A DNA stretch of 64,000 bases from Octopus vulgaris. Lineage: Eukaryota. Under the pieces are notes generated by a model that did not search any database, had not been told where the DNA came from, and saw only the letters and a list, made by a program, of their open reading frames with translations. A program made the translations under genes and the position numbers. Positions 1-13,380 of this stretch are shown here, one piece after another; the first letter of the stretch is position 1; each line of letters starts with the position of its first letter. The stretch lies in the NCBI GenBank assembly GCA_951406725.2, contig OX597833.1, forward strand, positions 61,132,001 through 61,196,000, read 5' to 3'.

Positions 1-226
1 ATTTCTTTACTACCCACAAGGGGCTAAACATAGAGGGGACAAACAAGGACAGACAAACAGATTAAGTCGATTACATCAACTCCAGTGTGTAACTGGTACT
101 TAAGTTATCAACCCCGAAAGGATGAAAGGCAAAGTCGACCTCAGCGGAATTTGAACTCAGAACGCAACGGCAGACGGAATACCGCTAAGCATTTCACCCA
201 GCGTGCTAACGATTCTGCCAGCTCAC
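1..226 (-). mobile_element. tRNA-derived SINE family A; other copies near 3283-3512, 18408-18580, 21263-21415, 35535-35775, 37591-37823, 48185-48399, 50765-50969, 54750-55090, 55575-55782, 59450-60000
   Basis: Recurrent sequence gagctggcagaa.cgttagcacgccgggcgaaatgcttagcgg...gagttcaaattccgccgaggtcgactttgcctttcatcc with a pol III B-box-like GTTCAAATT; many dispersed copies in both orientations. Confidence 0.85.
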
Positions 227-818
227 AGAAATAAACCACATGAAAACAAAATATGTGACCCAAAAACATATCACAAGACCAAATTGTGATGGTAACTGAT
301 GAAATTGAGGAGGTGAAAAATTATATCTTTGTAAATATGCTACAACATGAACAATGTAAGAAAGTAAAGTAAAAACCAAGCATGGACTTTGATATCACCT
401 TCCAAGAAAGCTACAGTATTCTCTGCAGATGAAGGGTGTCCGTCATCTTCTAAAGTTGATAAACTAACATTGTACTTTACTTCTATGTATACCTAGAACA
501 TTACCTCACTCTTGCACCTGAGTGCATAAAATGCATTATTACATCAACTATTCAGTAATCATTTGAAACAGCTGTAAAGACCTGACATGATTACATCATG
601 CAAATTATATACACAACTTTTCATATGAATACATTCCTGACACCTATTACCACTTGTCTGTCATTCTTCTGTATATACTTGATTCTGATCGTCCTTCTAG
701 CGCACTGTCCTTCTTCTGCCTAGCTCAACCGAATGAAGCTAAAATTTAAGATTCTGATCTCTCTGAGCACCACTAGGTAACTTTGCCACACTTAAAACTA
801 GCATCTTATCACCCATTG

Positions 819-881
<63 letters not shown>

Positions 882-1433
882 AATATAATTCCAAACTTAT
901 AGGCTTAAGTTTTTCATTGTATGATTTGCCTAATAGTGGTTTTATCTCTAATTTAATATAATATATATATATATATATATACATACTAGTAAGAAATATA
1001 ATTCCAAAACACACACACACACACACACACACATGAAGTGTAGGCAACTGTGTGCAACTGCTTGGCACCTTGGGCAAGTATCTCCTACTAAATCCCTGAG
1101 CGAAACCAAAGCCCTGTGAATGGATTTGATAGAAGGAAACTGAAGAAAGCCCATCTTGTTTACATGAATGTGTGTGTGTGTGTGTGTGTGTATGTGATCG
1201 TCTCCTTGTCTTGACATCACTTGACAGTTGTAAATGAGTGTCACTGTCATACAAGCAGTGTCATTCATTTCCAATATTTTGCGAGAATATGTCTGGCCAT
1301 GAGAAAATATTACTTTGCTTGGAAACAGATAAGGGTTGGCAACAAGTAGAGTATCCAGCTGTAGAAAATCTTCAATAAAATCTATCCAACCCATGCTAGC
1401 ATGGAAAAATGGACATTAAAATGATCACTATTT

Positions 1434-1481
<48 letters not shown>

Positions 1482-2280
1482 CACACACACATATATATAC
1501 ACACACACACACATATATATATATATGCACATACACACACAAACACAGAGACGGACATAATTTTATTGAATTAATTCTGTTTTAATTCTAAGTTTACTTC
1601 CTGCAACATCAAAGGCTTTATTTTGAATCTTTATGTCTTTTTCTTTTGAACAAGCTCATAGGAATGTGTGTGTGTGCATGCACAGGTATGTGTGTGTTTC
1701 GTTGTATTTCTCATTAAGTTAAAAATAAATATGTCTTTATAAACGTATTTATTACTGAAATATTATGGGAAAATGACTGTACACATATACACACACACAC
1801 ATATATTTATAATTACATCTATTACTGAAATATATGAGATATTAATTGTATTCACAAATATAAAGCAGATTTGTTACTGAAATACATGGTATTAATTATA
1901 CATCTACATACATATATTACATATGTATATCTCTGTATCAACCAAATTATCAGATGCTGTTATACATGGCTCGTCACAATGCACTTTCTTGCACTGTTTA
2001 GCTTCAGAAAGATGTCCAGCCACACAACCCACTGGCTTGGCAGGAAGGCATTGCTTGGGTTTCCCCTAAACAGAATGCCAGTCTGTTGCAGAGATATCCA
2101 CTTGCCCTTGAGTGGACTGAAGCAACATGAAATAAAGTGTCTTGCTCAAGAACACAACACACTGCCAATTTGTGAATCGCAATCATGAGTGCAACACCCC
2201 AACTACTTGGTCACATACCATCACACACAAACACTGGCACTCTGTGAGTTATGACAATGAGGGTTCCAGTTGACTCAATC

Positions 2281-2803
2281 CAGGGGTCACCAAACTTTTT
2301 TGACCATCAACCCCCTTTAGCCACTTCTTCCGTATCAACCCCCTTTAGCCACTTCTGCATTGACCCCCTTTAGCCACTTCTCCTTCTGTGTTGATCCCCT
2401 CTAGCCAGGTATTTTCATAGAAAAAAAAGCACCTTCTTGATGTAAATAATTTTTGGTGTTAACATGGTCCAATTTGAATTTTTTCTTCTACGGAATGAAG
2501 AGCAAGACTTCTTCTATCATACTCTCAATTTTAGTCAACTTGTGCTGCAGGGTCTCGGAGGAGATAGTGTTAGTTGAAGGCTACCAAACCTGCCATACAC
2601 AGATAACTTCAGCTTTATATATAGAGAGATTGACAGCATCAATGAGATGGATGAACATGGCACTGACTAAGTATTTCAAGCAGTTCATCTGGGTGAGCTG
2701 GTCTTTTGCACACTGACCCCGTTTGACCCCTTAGCTATCATAAACTCCCTGTAATTCCTCGCTGACTCCTAGGGGTTCCCTCAGACCCCTTTGACGACCC
2801 CTG
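2281..2803. mobile_element. hAT-type MITE inserted in a SINE and carrying a nested Helitron-like fragment (about 2418-2628, inverted copy of 4762-4935)
   Basis: CAGGGGTCACCAAA ... TTTGACGACCCCTG TIRs; degenerate 8-bp TSD actcaatc/atccaatc; subterminal cccctttagccacttct repeats. Confidence 0.7.
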
Positions 2804-3223
2804 ATCCAATCAATGGAACACCCTGCTCATGAAATTAATGTGCAAGTGGCTGAGCACTCCACAGATTCGTGTTCCCTGAATGTAGTTCTCAGGATTCAGT
2901 GGGACACACAGGATGTGACGAGGCTACCCCTTTGAATTACCAGTAGTATTCACTTTGCCAGCTGAGTAGACTACAGCAACATAAAAATATGTGTGTGTGT
3001 GTGTGTGTTTGTGGCATTAGCACTTGTAACTCAAAAGAGAGCTCCTATAACGCAAAGTGTGGCAGTCAAAGTACATCAGCAAAAACACACTTATTGTTGT
3101 GAGGGGATGGTAGTGGAGAGAGAATAACAGCCAAAGTGTTAGGCAGCAAAAGAAACAAAATGTTAAGGGTGCCCCCATCCTATATTATCTATAAAGAAAG
3201 AATACAAGTGGGTTGCTGTTCAC

Positions 3224-3259
<36 letters not shown>

Positions 3260-3511
3260 TACACACACACACATACACAGAGAAGGTGGTGAGCTGGCAG
3301 AAACGTTAGTGTGCCAGGTGAAATGCTTAGCGGTATTTCGTCTGTCGTTACGTTGTGAGTTCAAATTCCACCGAGGTCAACTTTGCCTTTCATTCTTTCG
3401 GGGTTGATAAATAAAGTACCAGTTACGCACTGGAGTCGATGTAGTAGACTTAATCCCTTTGTCTGTCCTTGTTTGTCCACTCTATGTTTAGCCCCTTGTG
3501 GGCAATAAAGA

Positions 3512-3555
<44 letters not shown>

Positions 3556-3572
3556 TAGATAGATAGACATAG

Positions 3573-3605
<33 letters not shown>

Positions 3606-4442
3606 AATAGATATCTTGTTAACTCCCACTCTCTTTCTCTCTCTAGGTAAATGTTTCTGCCCTCATTCTTGCTCTCTTTCTCTTCTTTTCTCTGGGTTAC
3701 CACGGACCTCCTCTACAGCAAGGCATCTGTTTCTGCCTCTCTATCACACTCTAATCTATCATCATCTGACACAAGATCACCTCCTCTAATGCCTCCTCCC
3801 CTCTCAAACACTCCTTGTCTTGCTAAGTCACTTGGTGAACCCTGCCAGTGCAGGTGCCACTTAAAAAGCACCCAGTCCACACTGTAAAGTAGTTGGCATT
3901 TGGAAGGGCATCCAGATGTAAAAAAAAAACAAGCCAAAACAGACCTCGCCCATGCAAGGTGCCACTTAAAGAGCACTCATCCCACTCTGTGAAGGGGTTG
4001 GTGTTAGGAAGGGCATCCAGCCATAGAAACCATGCCAAAACACACTCAGAAGCATGGAGCAGGGTCCTACCAGGCCAGCTTCTATCTAACCATCCAACCC
4101 ATGCAAGCATGGAAGGAAGATATTAAACGATGATGATATATAATTTTCATCATTTTACAGCCACTTTCCAGGCCCACACGGATTGCATGGATCCATCAGG
4201 ATTCATGTCAATTCTCTATGTATATCTATACCTATATATGTATACATACATATATATATCATCATCATCGTTTAGCATCCGCTTTCCATGCTAGCATGGG
4301 TTGGACAGTTCAACTGGGGTTTGGGAAGCCAGAAGGCTGCACCAGGCTCAGTCTGATCTGGCAATGTTTCTACGGCTGGATGTCCTTCCTAACGCCAAGA
4401 TGCCCTTCTTAACGCCAGGATGCCCTTCCTAACGCCATATAT

Positions 4443-4477
<35 letters not shown>

Positions 4478-4713
4478 AGCAACAGGATATTCAGATATTC
4501 AATCATTTGACTGTGGCCATGCTGGAGCATCACCATTTAGTCGAACAAATCGACACTAGGACTTATTCTTTGTAAGCCTAGTACTTATTCTATTGGTCTC
4601 TTTTGCGGAATTGCTAAGTTACAGGGACGTAAACACACCAACATCAGTTGTCAAGCGATGGTGAGGGGACAAACACTGACACACAAACATTTATATGGGT
4701 GTGTGCGTGTGTG

Positions 4714-4766
<53 letters not shown>

Positions 4767-5086
4767 CTGAAGTTGTCTGTGTGCGGCAGGTTTGGTAGCC
4801 TTCAACTAACACCATCTCCTCCGAGACCCTGCAGCGCAAGTTGACCAAAATTGAGAGTATGATAGAAGAAGGCTTGCTCTTCAAATCTGACCATGTTAAC
4901 ACCAAAAATTATTTACATCAAAAAGGTACTTTTTTTCTACGAAAATCCCGATTTTTTGACTGCCGTGTCACCATTTTTCGGTGTATTTCAACCAGAAAAA
5001 TGTTCACTTAAAGAGAATAACAAGCTACATAATGCAAAATTTTTACTTTTCAAAAATTCCAATTCTAAAGGGTCGAAACACCCAAG

Positions 5087-5280
5087 ATAAGCAACAGGAT
5101 ATTCAGAGGTAATGCAGTACGATTGTTTCAAGCAACTCCATTTAATTGAACTTAACTCTATGTATCTATGCAGCTGAGGATTGCTCTGCATTTAAATTGC
5201 TGTAACGATTGCATTGTTCTATTAAATGTAGTCACTTGAAACGATCGTACTGCATTACCTCTGAATATCCTGTTGTTTAT
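5087..5280. mobile_element. MITE-like fold-back with about 65-bp imperfect TIRs
   Basis: ataagcaacaggatattcagaggtaatgcagtacga... is the reverse complement of ...tcgtactgcattacctctgaatatcctgttgtttat; partial end copy at about 4475-4495. Confidence 0.7.
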
Positions 5281-5369
5281 GTTGATTTTAATCACCTTAT
5301 TTTGAAATTGTATGGATAATACTGTATTAAATTCTGGTGCCTCAACTTAAGTACCTAATTCATCTGAAT

Positions 5370-5437
5370 CTATACATATATATATATATACATTTGTGTG
5401 TGCGTGTGTATATATATATATATATGTATATATACAT

Positions 5438-5472
<35 letters not shown>

Positions 5473-5957
5473 GGGTGTGCATATATGTGTGTGTATATAT
5501 GTGCATATATATGTATGTATATATATGTGCATGTGTGTATATATGTGCATATATATGTATATATATGTGTATATATATGTATATATATATGTGTATATAT
5601 ATGTATATATATGTGTGCATATATATATATGTGTGTGTGTGCATATATATGTATATATATATGTGTGTGCATACATATGTATATATATATGTGTGCGCAT
5701 ACATATGTATATATATATGTGTGCATATATATGTATATATATGTGTGCATATATATGTATATATATGTGTGCATATATATGTGTATATACATATATATAT
5801 GCACATATATATACATGCATATATATGTGTATATACATATATATATGCACATATATATACATGCATATATATATATATGCACATATATATATATGCATAT
5901 ATATATATGCACACATATATATATGTATATGCACATATATATATACATATATATATG

Positions 5958-6012
<55 letters not shown>

Positions 6013-6050
6013 CTATACATGTACAATATATATATAAACACACACACACT
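5370..6050. repeat. Compound (TA)n/(TG)n/(CA)n microsatellite; similar tracts at 6905-7455, 30885-31430 and 38120-38890
   Basis: Low-complexity alternating purine-pyrimidine tracts producing the YI/CV/HT pseudo-ORFs. Confidence 0.95.
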
Positions 6051-7979
6051 CAACAGGCTTCTTTGAGTTTCTGTCTACCAAATCCACTCACATGGTTTTG
6101 GTCGGCCCGAGGCTATAGTAGAAAACACTTGCCGAAGGTGCCACGCAGTCTCATTGAACCTGGAACCATGTGGATAGGAAAGAAGCCTTCTTACCACACA
6201 GCCACTCCTGTGCCTATATATATTTATTAATATTTAGCAGAAGCAACAAAGTGACTCAGGGGCTGAGAGTTCTGTGTGCTATCACCTATCAATATACATA
6301 TAAACTGCATCATGTTATTGAAATGTATGAGGTATTAATTACACACATATATAAATAGCCACATATATAACTGAGCTATATGATACATAATCATGACAGT
6401 ACAATAGAAGAGCCTCAACATGGTCATTTGATCTGCTAGAAATAGTAGATAAATCTCCCTTGAAATGCACCCAACCATCTCTAAAAGGATATATTTGATA
6501 TTTTTGATAGGGGTTACACTGTTCTAGAAAATGACCAGTCTTTGATCGTAGGTATGTTCACACCTGATCAAGAAGATAGCTTTAGACTGAGATTTTTATA
6601 ATATATATTTTTTATATATGTATATATATATATGATCAAAGGTATTCCAGTTATGACCATCCTGTCATTTTAGGCACCTCCAAGAACTAACTCATCTAAT
6701 GTATCCTTTTTTTCTTTTTTTCTGTTATTCAAAATAGAAAGATATGTAGTCTGAAGGGTGTTTTGCTGCTGTTTCTAGCAGATGAACCAGAGCAACATCG
6801 TTGTGTTGCACTGTATCTGTTTTAGCAGCTCTGTACAACCTTTACGTGCAACTTCAGGTTCCAGAGACAACAATAACAGAACACCATCACCAACATGGTT
6901 AACGGTTACACGCACACACACCTATATATGCATACATCTGTATATATACATAGACACATGCATGCATACATATATGTATATATACACATGCATGCATACA
7001 TATATGTATATATACACATGCATTCATATATGTATGCATATATATATATATACACATGCATACATATACAAACGTGCATATGTATATACATACATATATG
7101 TACATGCACATATCATCATCATCATCATCATCGTTTAGCGTCCGTTTTGATGATGATATGTGCATGTACATATATGTATGTATATACATATGCACGTTTG
7201 TATATACATATATATATATACATACATGCATATATACAAGTATATGATATACATACAAGCATATATATATTCATATATATATATGCACACATAAATACAC
7301 ATACATTTACATATGCATGTATGTTTGCATGTGCGTGTATATATATATATATATACACAAACGCACACATACATATACACATGTGTACATCTACATATGC
7401 ATATATGTGCATAAATATATATATACTGTGCATGTATGTATGTATTTATACACACTAACATTAGGTTCCAGGTGTAACACAATAACAGAACACTTTGGTA
7501 AAGATGCTGTCGGGTGCTGACAAAACCTTTTGGCTGGTTTCCAGACTAAAAGACTTTCTCAGAACCAGCAGCTGTCTTACCACTACTATTACTACCACTA
7601 CAAGACAAGACAACGGGGGGGGGCAGCCTATAAGTGGTTGCTTGACATGCTAGAAATAGCAACCGAGTAACCCTCAAATCACAGCCATATTAGACAACAT
7701 AGTCCTAGATGTCCCTCCTCCCTCCTACCGAAGGAATGGTCACGGCCAAAATACTTTCGTTCATAGGTCTACTAGATCAGAATCTACCTAGAATTTACTA
7801 CTACTACTACTATTATTACTACTACTATATTTACACCTTAATCAAATAATTATTCTTCGATTGAAAAATAAAAATTTCTGTTATTTTGCCAATAAACGAA
7901 ATATATCGTTCGACTATATGACATCTTTCATAATGTTGCTTTGTTGTTTTGCAACAGTTCATCAAAGTCTTTGCTGGTT

Positions 7980-8310
7980 TCAATTTGGCTGCTGTTTCTA
8001 GTAGGCCGAACCATCACATACAGGTTTTCCTTAGCTGGATTTTGGCTGTTTCTAATATGTCGAGCTACCACTACGCAAAGGCTTTCTCGCTTCTTTAATT
8101 TGGCCGTTATTTCTAGCAGGTCGAGTTACCACCACGTACAGGTTTCCTTGGCTCGAATTGGCTGCTGTTTCTAGCAGTTGGGGGGGGGGGGGGCTGCCCA
8201 CGTAGAGGCTCCGCCGTTAATTCCATTTGGCTGCTATTTCTAGCAGTTGGGGGGGGGGTTGCCCACGTAGAGGCTCCGCCGTTTAATTCCATTTGGCTGC
8301 TATTTCTAGC
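7980..8310. repeat. Degenerate tandem repeat of about 60 bp (tttggctgct.tttctagcag core)
   Basis: Core recurs about 6 times; the last two units are nearly identical. Confidence 0.7.
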
Positions 8311-8727
8311 CTTATGGAAGACTTAACAGTCAACAGTGACAAATGTATATGTTGAGGTGAAGGTGTGGCGGGGGGGGGGGATAGGTAAAAATTTTGAAAG
8401 AATCATCATTAAAATATTATGTAATGAAATGACACAAGCGGAGTCTGTAGTGATGTCCATATATTGTGGAGGGGATGTCCACTTGTTTATGAATGAACAA
8501 CTGTGGTTTCAACGTCAGGTCAGCTTTCACTGGATAAAAGCAACGTTCCATCTTGTCTTTTATTTCCACACTTATGTCTCCAAGTCTAGATTAATCAACG
8601 TGTCATTTTTTTTCTGTCTCTCTCTCTCTCTCTGTCTTTAAGCACAGTAGGTGTGATTTAAGGGAGATTTGGCTGCTATTTTTACCATGACGAAACGACC
8701 ATGTAGAGGTTCGCTAATTGGCTCGCA

Positions 8728-9027
8728 ATAAAGTTGTTGTTACTGTTGCTGTTTAACCCCAGGACAGCCTTTATTGAGCAAGCCTAACAGAGAAGGCATT
8801 CCAACCGTGACCACTGGGTCGTTTTCGAGGTGTGTCTAGGATTACATCGGCCAATGTGTCCTTCCTTATTTCAGACGGTATAAAGTTGTTGTTAGTGTTG
8901 CTGTTTAACCCCAGGACAGCCTTTATTGAGCAAGCCTAACAGAGAAGGCATTCCAACCGTGACCATTGGGTCATTTTCGAGGTGCGTCTAGGACTACATT
9001 GGCCAATGTGTCCTTCCTTATTTCAGA
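8728..9027. repeat. 152-bp direct tandem duplication
   Basis: ataaagttgttgtta... begins at 8728 and again at 8880. Confidence 0.85.
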
Positions 9028-9230
9028 TGCTATCGTGGTATTTCGGAGAGATTTTAGTGCTATTTCTAAGATGCTGTGGGTGGCTGGCACGCAGCAGTGC
9101 TGCCTTTGTTATTGTGGTTGTTGTTGTTGTTGTTGTAGGAGAGAGAGGCAAGGGTGGATTGGATGGCGTGACACATGTTGACTGGGGCGGACGAAGACAT
9201 GACACAGATAAACAGATAAAGATTACTGAC

Positions 9231-9334
9231 CTTGTGATAACAGGGAGCTTATGTTTGGAGAGGTAATCCCGTACGTTGGCAGCAGTGGACCCCTTGCTCG
9301 CTAATCCTGCCGTTTTGCATGTGGGTGGCTCCAT
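9231..9334 (-). CDS. Candidate first coding exon of an unidentified gene (MEPPTCKTAGLASKGSTAANVRDYLSKHKLPVITR), CABIT-like N-terminal motif; gene would continue toward or beyond position 1
   Basis: ATG in good context (aggATGG) inside a CpG-rich non-repetitive island; AAG|GTCAGT donor at 9230; T-rich tract with ctag acceptor at 9482-9483 upstream; VRDYLSKHKLPVITR resembles the start of CABIT domains (GAREM ...STYRLPQIAR). Downstream exons not established. Confidence 0.5.
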
Positions 9335-10087
9335 CCTGGGTTGACTGACGCGACACCCCGGGTATCATGCGGTTCTGCTGCTCAGAGCTCAGGGGGACCG
9401 GCTGTGTGTTGGTGGTGGTGGTTGGTGACCTGGAGGATGGCACACACGACTGTTCATGCAACTCTTTATTAATTATGACGACTAGAAAAAAAAAAAAAAA
9501 GATTTTTTCGGTTGAAAAAAAAAACAAACCGTTGCGGAGTTACACCATTGTGGAAGGAGAGGCTGCGTCGCGACAGACGCCACGGTTGGAGCGGAAACTG
9601 GAAGCTTTCTTTTCACGGCATACGTAATCTACCTATAAAGTCGCGGAATTTCCTTAATTAGCAATGTCCTCCGTTTCAAACTTCTAGTTTTATGGCTCTT
9701 CTCTTTTACTTGACATCTATTTCTTTAATATGAATATTTTTATTCGAATTACGACATGTCGGAAACCATGACCACCACCACCGCCACCACCACTACTACT
9801 ACTATACGTAATAATGCGAGGTGCGCGCGCGCGCGCGTGTGTGTAATAGATTTTACATAGGCAATGTATGTGTGTGTGTGTGTGCTAGAACACGTAAGTG
9901 TATGCACATGCGTGTGTGTACATTTGTTTATGAGTGTGCGTGTGTGTATGAGGGAAAGAGAGAGGGGGAGGTAGGAAGAACTCTTGTGTACGTGTGTATG
10001 TATGTATGTATGTGTGTGTGTGTTACGTAGTGTACGTGAGGGAAGATATCTAACATTGCCTAGATAAGAACCTATCCTTAACTATCA

Positions 10088-10145
10088 GCACCACTTCCTG
10101 TTCAGCCATTTTGAAACACTCAAAATAAACATCACGTGAAGAAAT
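10088..10145. promoter_or_regulatory. Housekeeping-type promoter motif cluster (ETS CCACTTCCTG, YY1 GCCATTTTG, E-box TCACGTGA)
   Basis: Three motifs within 50 nt (10091-10100, 10105-10113, 10132-10139) in a repeat-free region upstream of the candidate minus-strand exon. Confidence 0.45.
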
Positions 10146-11504
10146 TCCCGCAATTTTATTTTCTGAGTCTTTTCCCATCTTACAGAAAACAGAAAACCAT
10201 AAATTCATCCGTTCTTTTCGAGACAATCTTTGCCCTTTATTTACATTTCTGTTTCTCAAGCATTTTCAATAAATAACCGAAACCTTCGTTTTGCAAAAAA
10301 AAAATTCTATGCTTATTAAAAATTGTTTTTGATTTTTTAAAATTTAATCTTGTTTACTATTATATTTGTAACAATATATTGATTGTAAACGCAACTTTGG
10401 ATATCAACAATTAACTTTTCTCTATTTTATGTAATTTTATGAAAATGTATATTTTCAGAATGATTATTTCCTTCCTTGTTTTTTAATATTCTCCTCATAT
10501 TAACAAAAATCGAGGTAAGTCTCACACCAAATGTTTGTTTTCACGAGGATTATCGTTCAAATTCTGTCAAGATTGAGTTTCACCATTCACCTACGGGTCG
10601 TTACAGATCGCAAATTGATTTAATTAAGTGCCTACCTAATCCAATGAAATCATTAGCTACTAAATGGTGAGCAAGCCGTAGTAGCAGTGGTGTGTTTTGG
10701 CGACAAGGAAAGTACTACTATAAGTAAACAAGATAACACTAGGCTGAAAGTAATTCGCTAAGACAATCATCTTGTTTATAAAATAAATATTACATGTTTA
10801 TACAGAAGACAATTGTTTGTATTAGATTGTATAGCGAAAACGTGAGGTAAATGGTTAAAAAAGTATTAGTCAACTAGATTAGAAATTATATATAGGTTTC
10901 AATTTTGGCACAAAGCCAGCAACTTCAGTTGGAGTTAAATCAATTACATCGACTACCAGTACTTAACTGGTACTTATTTTATCGACCCCGAAAGGGTGAA
11001 GGGTAAAGTCGGCCTCGGTGGAACTTCAATTTGGAACGTAAAGACGGATGAAACAGTCGCCAAGCATTTTGGCTGGCATGCTAACAATTCTGCTGTTAGT
11101 AACTTTACGTGAATGAATGTACATCACTGCATGGTTGTAGGACTTCAGTATGAGATGAGTTGTGTGTTGCACCTGGATGCATTGTGTGACCTGTAATTAG
11201 TTGGGAATGGAGGTAGATTACTTTAAATATGGACTTAAGGGTACAAAGTTTAAAATTTCAACTTTAATACGAGCTGACTGAAACTATATAAATGGGTGTG
11301 TGTTTGTGTAAAGCTGAAACAATAGTATCATCACACCCTCCTATTTACAAGTAGTAAACCAACCTCACTGGAACTGGTCCCAGAAAACCTACCCAATACA
11401 CTGTAAATTGGTTGGCTCCTAGAAGAGCATCCAGGTGTAGGAACCAAGCCAAATCAGACAGATACATTGGATCCTGTTGAACTGTCCAATCCATACCAGT
11501 AGAG

Positions 11505-11650
11505 GAAAGTTGGATGACCTAAGAAGACCTGGGGAGGATGAAGTGAAAGCAGTCAGTCTCACTTGGTCTGAAATCAAGGATGTGGCCCAAGATCACATCC
11601 ACTGGCATGAAATGCTCATGGCCCTATGCTCCTTACAGAATTATGTGGGA
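11505..11650 (+). mobile_element. RTE LINE 3'-end fragment
   Basis: EDEVKAVSLTWSEIKDVAQDHIHWHEMLMALCS resembles the RTE C-terminus (TW.E....AQDR..WR..V.ALC). Confidence 0.6.
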
Positions 11651-12029
11651 ACTGGCTGACAATACACACACACATATACATGCTGCTCTGCAAACGAAGC
11701 CAAAACAAGACTTTCCAAGTGCAGATCCAGGGACACACAAGCCCAGTAGGTGCCTCTGATATACATATACAAGCTTAGGCTTGGATCCTCCTACAAAGTC
11801 AGACGCATAAGGCAGCGAGCCTCTTCTAACATGGTCAACCTACCATGGTTCTCGTGTATTTTAAATCTTTTGGAATTTCTGAATTCCAGGAGTTGTTAGA
11901 CAAATCCTTTTCCTTTTTCCTTCTTCCAGAGTTTAAATCATAACAGACATTGCATGGCACAGGACCAGCAGACACAAAATGGGATTTACCTGACAAAACC
12001 AATACAACACCACAATGTTTTGCAGTGGT

Positions 12030-13380
12030 TGGAATTTGTTTCACAGAAGGATTTTCTCATAATTCCATTTAGCCAAGTAATTTTGAGGATCTTCCATAGA
12101 CACTGCTAGTGGAATGTGTCAAGATTATTGGTCACCATGGTTGACATTTTCCATGTTCCACAACTGTATAAAATATTGGAAGACCTACCGCACTATATCG
12201 CTGAACCTTTACATCAGTATCAGTGCTTGTTGTTGCCCAGATTTGGCACATATATTGGAATATGGCCACTATTTATATCACAGTCAAGCATGACCGTCGA
12301 ATATTGGGCCTCACAGAGACAATGACGAAACACAGAGATCTCTGGATATATGCTGTGACTGCAAAGACCCGACAAATAATGTGAGTTCATGGCTGCTTCC
12401 TGCACCAGTTTTGCATAGCACCAGCCCATCCAAAGTACCTTGGTTTACAGAACGACCTGCTGTGCTTACCTTGGATTGTAGGGTGACCTGTGCTTGAGGA
12501 GACCTATTGAGTCAAGTACATCAACATCAATATAAATATCAAATGGAAATTGTAGTTGTGATACCTGTGCCGGTGGCATGTAAAAAGCACCCTCTACACT
12601 CACAGAGTGGTTGGCATTAGGAAGGGCATCCAGCTGTAGAAACACTGCCAGATCAGACTGGAGCCTGGTGCAGTCTCTTGGCTTCCCAGACCCCAGTTGA
12701 ACCGTCCAACCCATACTAGCATGGAAAATGGACGTTAAACAATGATGATGATGATGATTGCTCATAAAGCCCTGCTACAAGAAATTGTCTGCTTATTCCA
12801 TAATCTGCTTGCTATCCAATGAAGGTGAAAGATTGTGTTATGGCACTAATTAACATCACATACGAATTTTCACAGCTGATTCTGATCCCAGTCTTTTAGT
12901 GTTTGCTCACTGAGCTTTGCTTGTTAGTTCTTAGGGCGCAGATGTTGTTTCTACCAGCAGTGTGATGTCATCAACAAGGGTCAGATCACAAACCCTTTCC
13001 ATTCCTCTTCACCACTGTCTTTCAATGATTCCACTAGTTGCTTTCTTCATCACAAAGTCAACAGCTAAGAAGGAGCTAGTGGATGCAGCCCTGATGAACA
13101 CCAGTAATTATGCGAAAGGTCTCAGTATGGCCAGTACCTATTCTGCTGGAGTCTTTGTGGAGATTCTTGAAGACGTACAATTTGGGGATACTATATGGTT
13201 GAGCAATTTTCTCAAGCAGTTGCTAGTAGGTGGTGTCAAAGCACTTTTCAGAGTTCACTATTCTAAGCACTGTTCCATGATATTTCTTAGCATGAAGATT
13301 TGTGCAAGAGCTGATGGAATGAAGTTTACCAGATTTTATCTTTGAAAACAGCAGCTGCTTTTTGAATCTATGAGCTCTCT
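12030..13380 (-). mobile_element. Degenerate RTE-clade LINE, RT domain to C-terminal region, interrupted by a family C insert at about 12300-12760
   Basis: Minus-strand translation gives RT-like EKCFD, FRIITGVHQGC and DLVDDI, then LYSCGTWKM and LDTFH*QCLWKILKITW; many stops and frameshifts. Confidence 0.75.

Noticed and set aside
380-820. Unique minus-strand segments as exons 2-3 of the 9.3-kb gene
   Set aside because: Acceptors are weak and I could not reconcile the phases without stops; left unannotated.
5337-6230. Long ORFs of 200-297 aa in several frames, also at 30702-31463 and 38125-38844
   Set aside because: They are (TA)/(TG)/(CA) microsatellites that lack stops; no coding signal.
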